From an uncultured Bacilli bacterium (lineage in GTDB: Bacteria > Bacillota_I > Bacilli_A > RF39 > UBA660): 64,000 bases of DNA. The position numbers and the translations under genes were made by a program. The notes beneath the pieces are model-generated. The model saw only the letters and a list, made by a program, of their open reading frames with translations. It searched no databases and was not told the origin of the DNA. This document shows positions 63,503-64,000 of the stretch, in pieces. The first letter of the stretch is position 1; each line of letters starts with the position of its first letter. The stretch spans positions 1,504-65,503 of the forward strand of contig CAJTXY010000003.1 in assembly GCA_910583685.1 (NCBI GenBank). Direction: 5' to 3'.

Positions 63503-63934
63503 ATGAGTAGTATGTTTTGGTTTATTACTTTCTTGATTCTTTTAGTGATTGAGCTTATTACTGTTAATTTGGTAACAGTTTGGTTTGTGGTAGGTGCCCT
63601 TTTTGCTTTTGTAGTTTCTCTTTTTATAAATAATGTTATTTTAGAAGTTTTTACTTTTATTCTTATTAGTGTTGTTATGTTAGTTATTACGAGACCTTTT
63701 CTTAAAAAGTTACGAAAAAAAGAAAGGGTGGCATTAAACTCTGAGAGAATTATTGGTCAATGTGGACTTGTACTGCGAGCGATTGATAAACATCATCCTG
63801 GAGAAGTTAAAGTGATGGGAAGTATTTGGACTGCTATTAGTGATGAGAAGATTGCAGTTGATGAGGAAGTTATTATTTTAGAGATTGATGGTGTAAAAGT
63901 AAAGGTAGAGAAAGTGAACCAGAAGGAGGATTAA
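63503..63934 (+). CDS. NfeD-family membrane protein (short form with a C-terminal OB-fold).
   Basis: 3 TM helices, then a beta-rich C-terminal domain. Sits upstream of an SPFH-like gene. Confidence 0.65.
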   Translation: MSSMFWFITFLILLVIELITVNLVTVWFVVGALFAFVVSLFINNVILEVFTFILISVVMLVITRPFLKKLRKKERVALNSERIIGQCGLVLRAIDKHHPGEVKVMGSIWTAISDEKIAVDEEVIILEIDGVKVKVEKVNQKED

Positions 63935-63937
63935 TTT

Positions 63938-64000
63938 ATGGAAACTTTTTTAATTATTATCATTATTATTTTGGTAGTGTTGGCTCTTGGAATTAAAATT
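63938..64000 (+). CDS. 3'-truncated ORF, probably an SPFH/flotillin-like protein (N-terminal TM only).
   Basis: METFLIIIIIILVVLALGIKI directly after NfeD, which is the conserved NfeD-flotillin pairing. Confidence 0.35.
   Translation, partial: METFLIIIIIILVVLALGIKI

Overview
This 64-kb window comes from a low-GC (about 33% GC) Gram-positive bacterium (Bacillota). The tmRNA tag peptide ends in LAFA, which is Mollicutes-like, yet the window carries cell-wall genes (murD, FemAB, sortase, PG-binding proteins). Together these point to an Erysipelotrichia-like anaerobe, consistent with the desulfoferrodoxin gene. This lineage call is inference only.

Most of the window is conserved core genome in classic Firmicute order: mini-RNase III, rlmB, sigH, secE, nusG, rplK, rplA, rplJ, rplL, a YbxB-like methyltransferase, rpoB and rpoC. 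These are followed by the str operon (rpsL, rpsG, fusA, tuf), then murD, eno, secG, rnr, smpB with ssrA (tmRNA), cdaA-cdaR, ctpA and fhs. Two tRNAs (Thr-CGU, Asn-GUU) and several intrinsic terminators and sigma-A-like promoters are visible.

The non-core content is as follows:
- A 5'-truncated giant surface protein (1-3803) with about 13 tandem 72-aa repeats and a C-terminal TM anchor.
- Extra genes between rpoC and rpsL: a kinase-like hypothetical, an ABC ATPase-FtsX fusion and small membrane ORFs.
- A lipoprotein zincin (HExxH) plus a second kinase-like protein between ybaK-like and secG.
- A split three-gene activase/DUF2229/HgdD-like cluster.
- A sortase with a VPNTS-motif substrate.
- Most interesting: an accessory, decaying stretch immediately downstream of tmRNA (about 38.5-45.9 kb). 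It holds a UbiB/ABC1 kinase gene broken by a +1 frameshift in a G5 tract, an XRE membrane regulator and tRNA-Thr. It also holds a promoter- and RBS-equipped 27-aa hydrophobic peptide gene, which is a type I toxin-like candidate. Orphan hypothetical genes there are organised as cassette-like units with repeated 5' leader motifs (AAATATATAGGGGG ×3, one followed by an N-terminal gene remnant) and repeated about 75-nt 3' flanks. A candidate small RNA and a duplicated copy of the tRNA-Thr promoter-like element lie in the same stretch.

No CRISPR array, integrase or transposase, or rRNA gene was seen.
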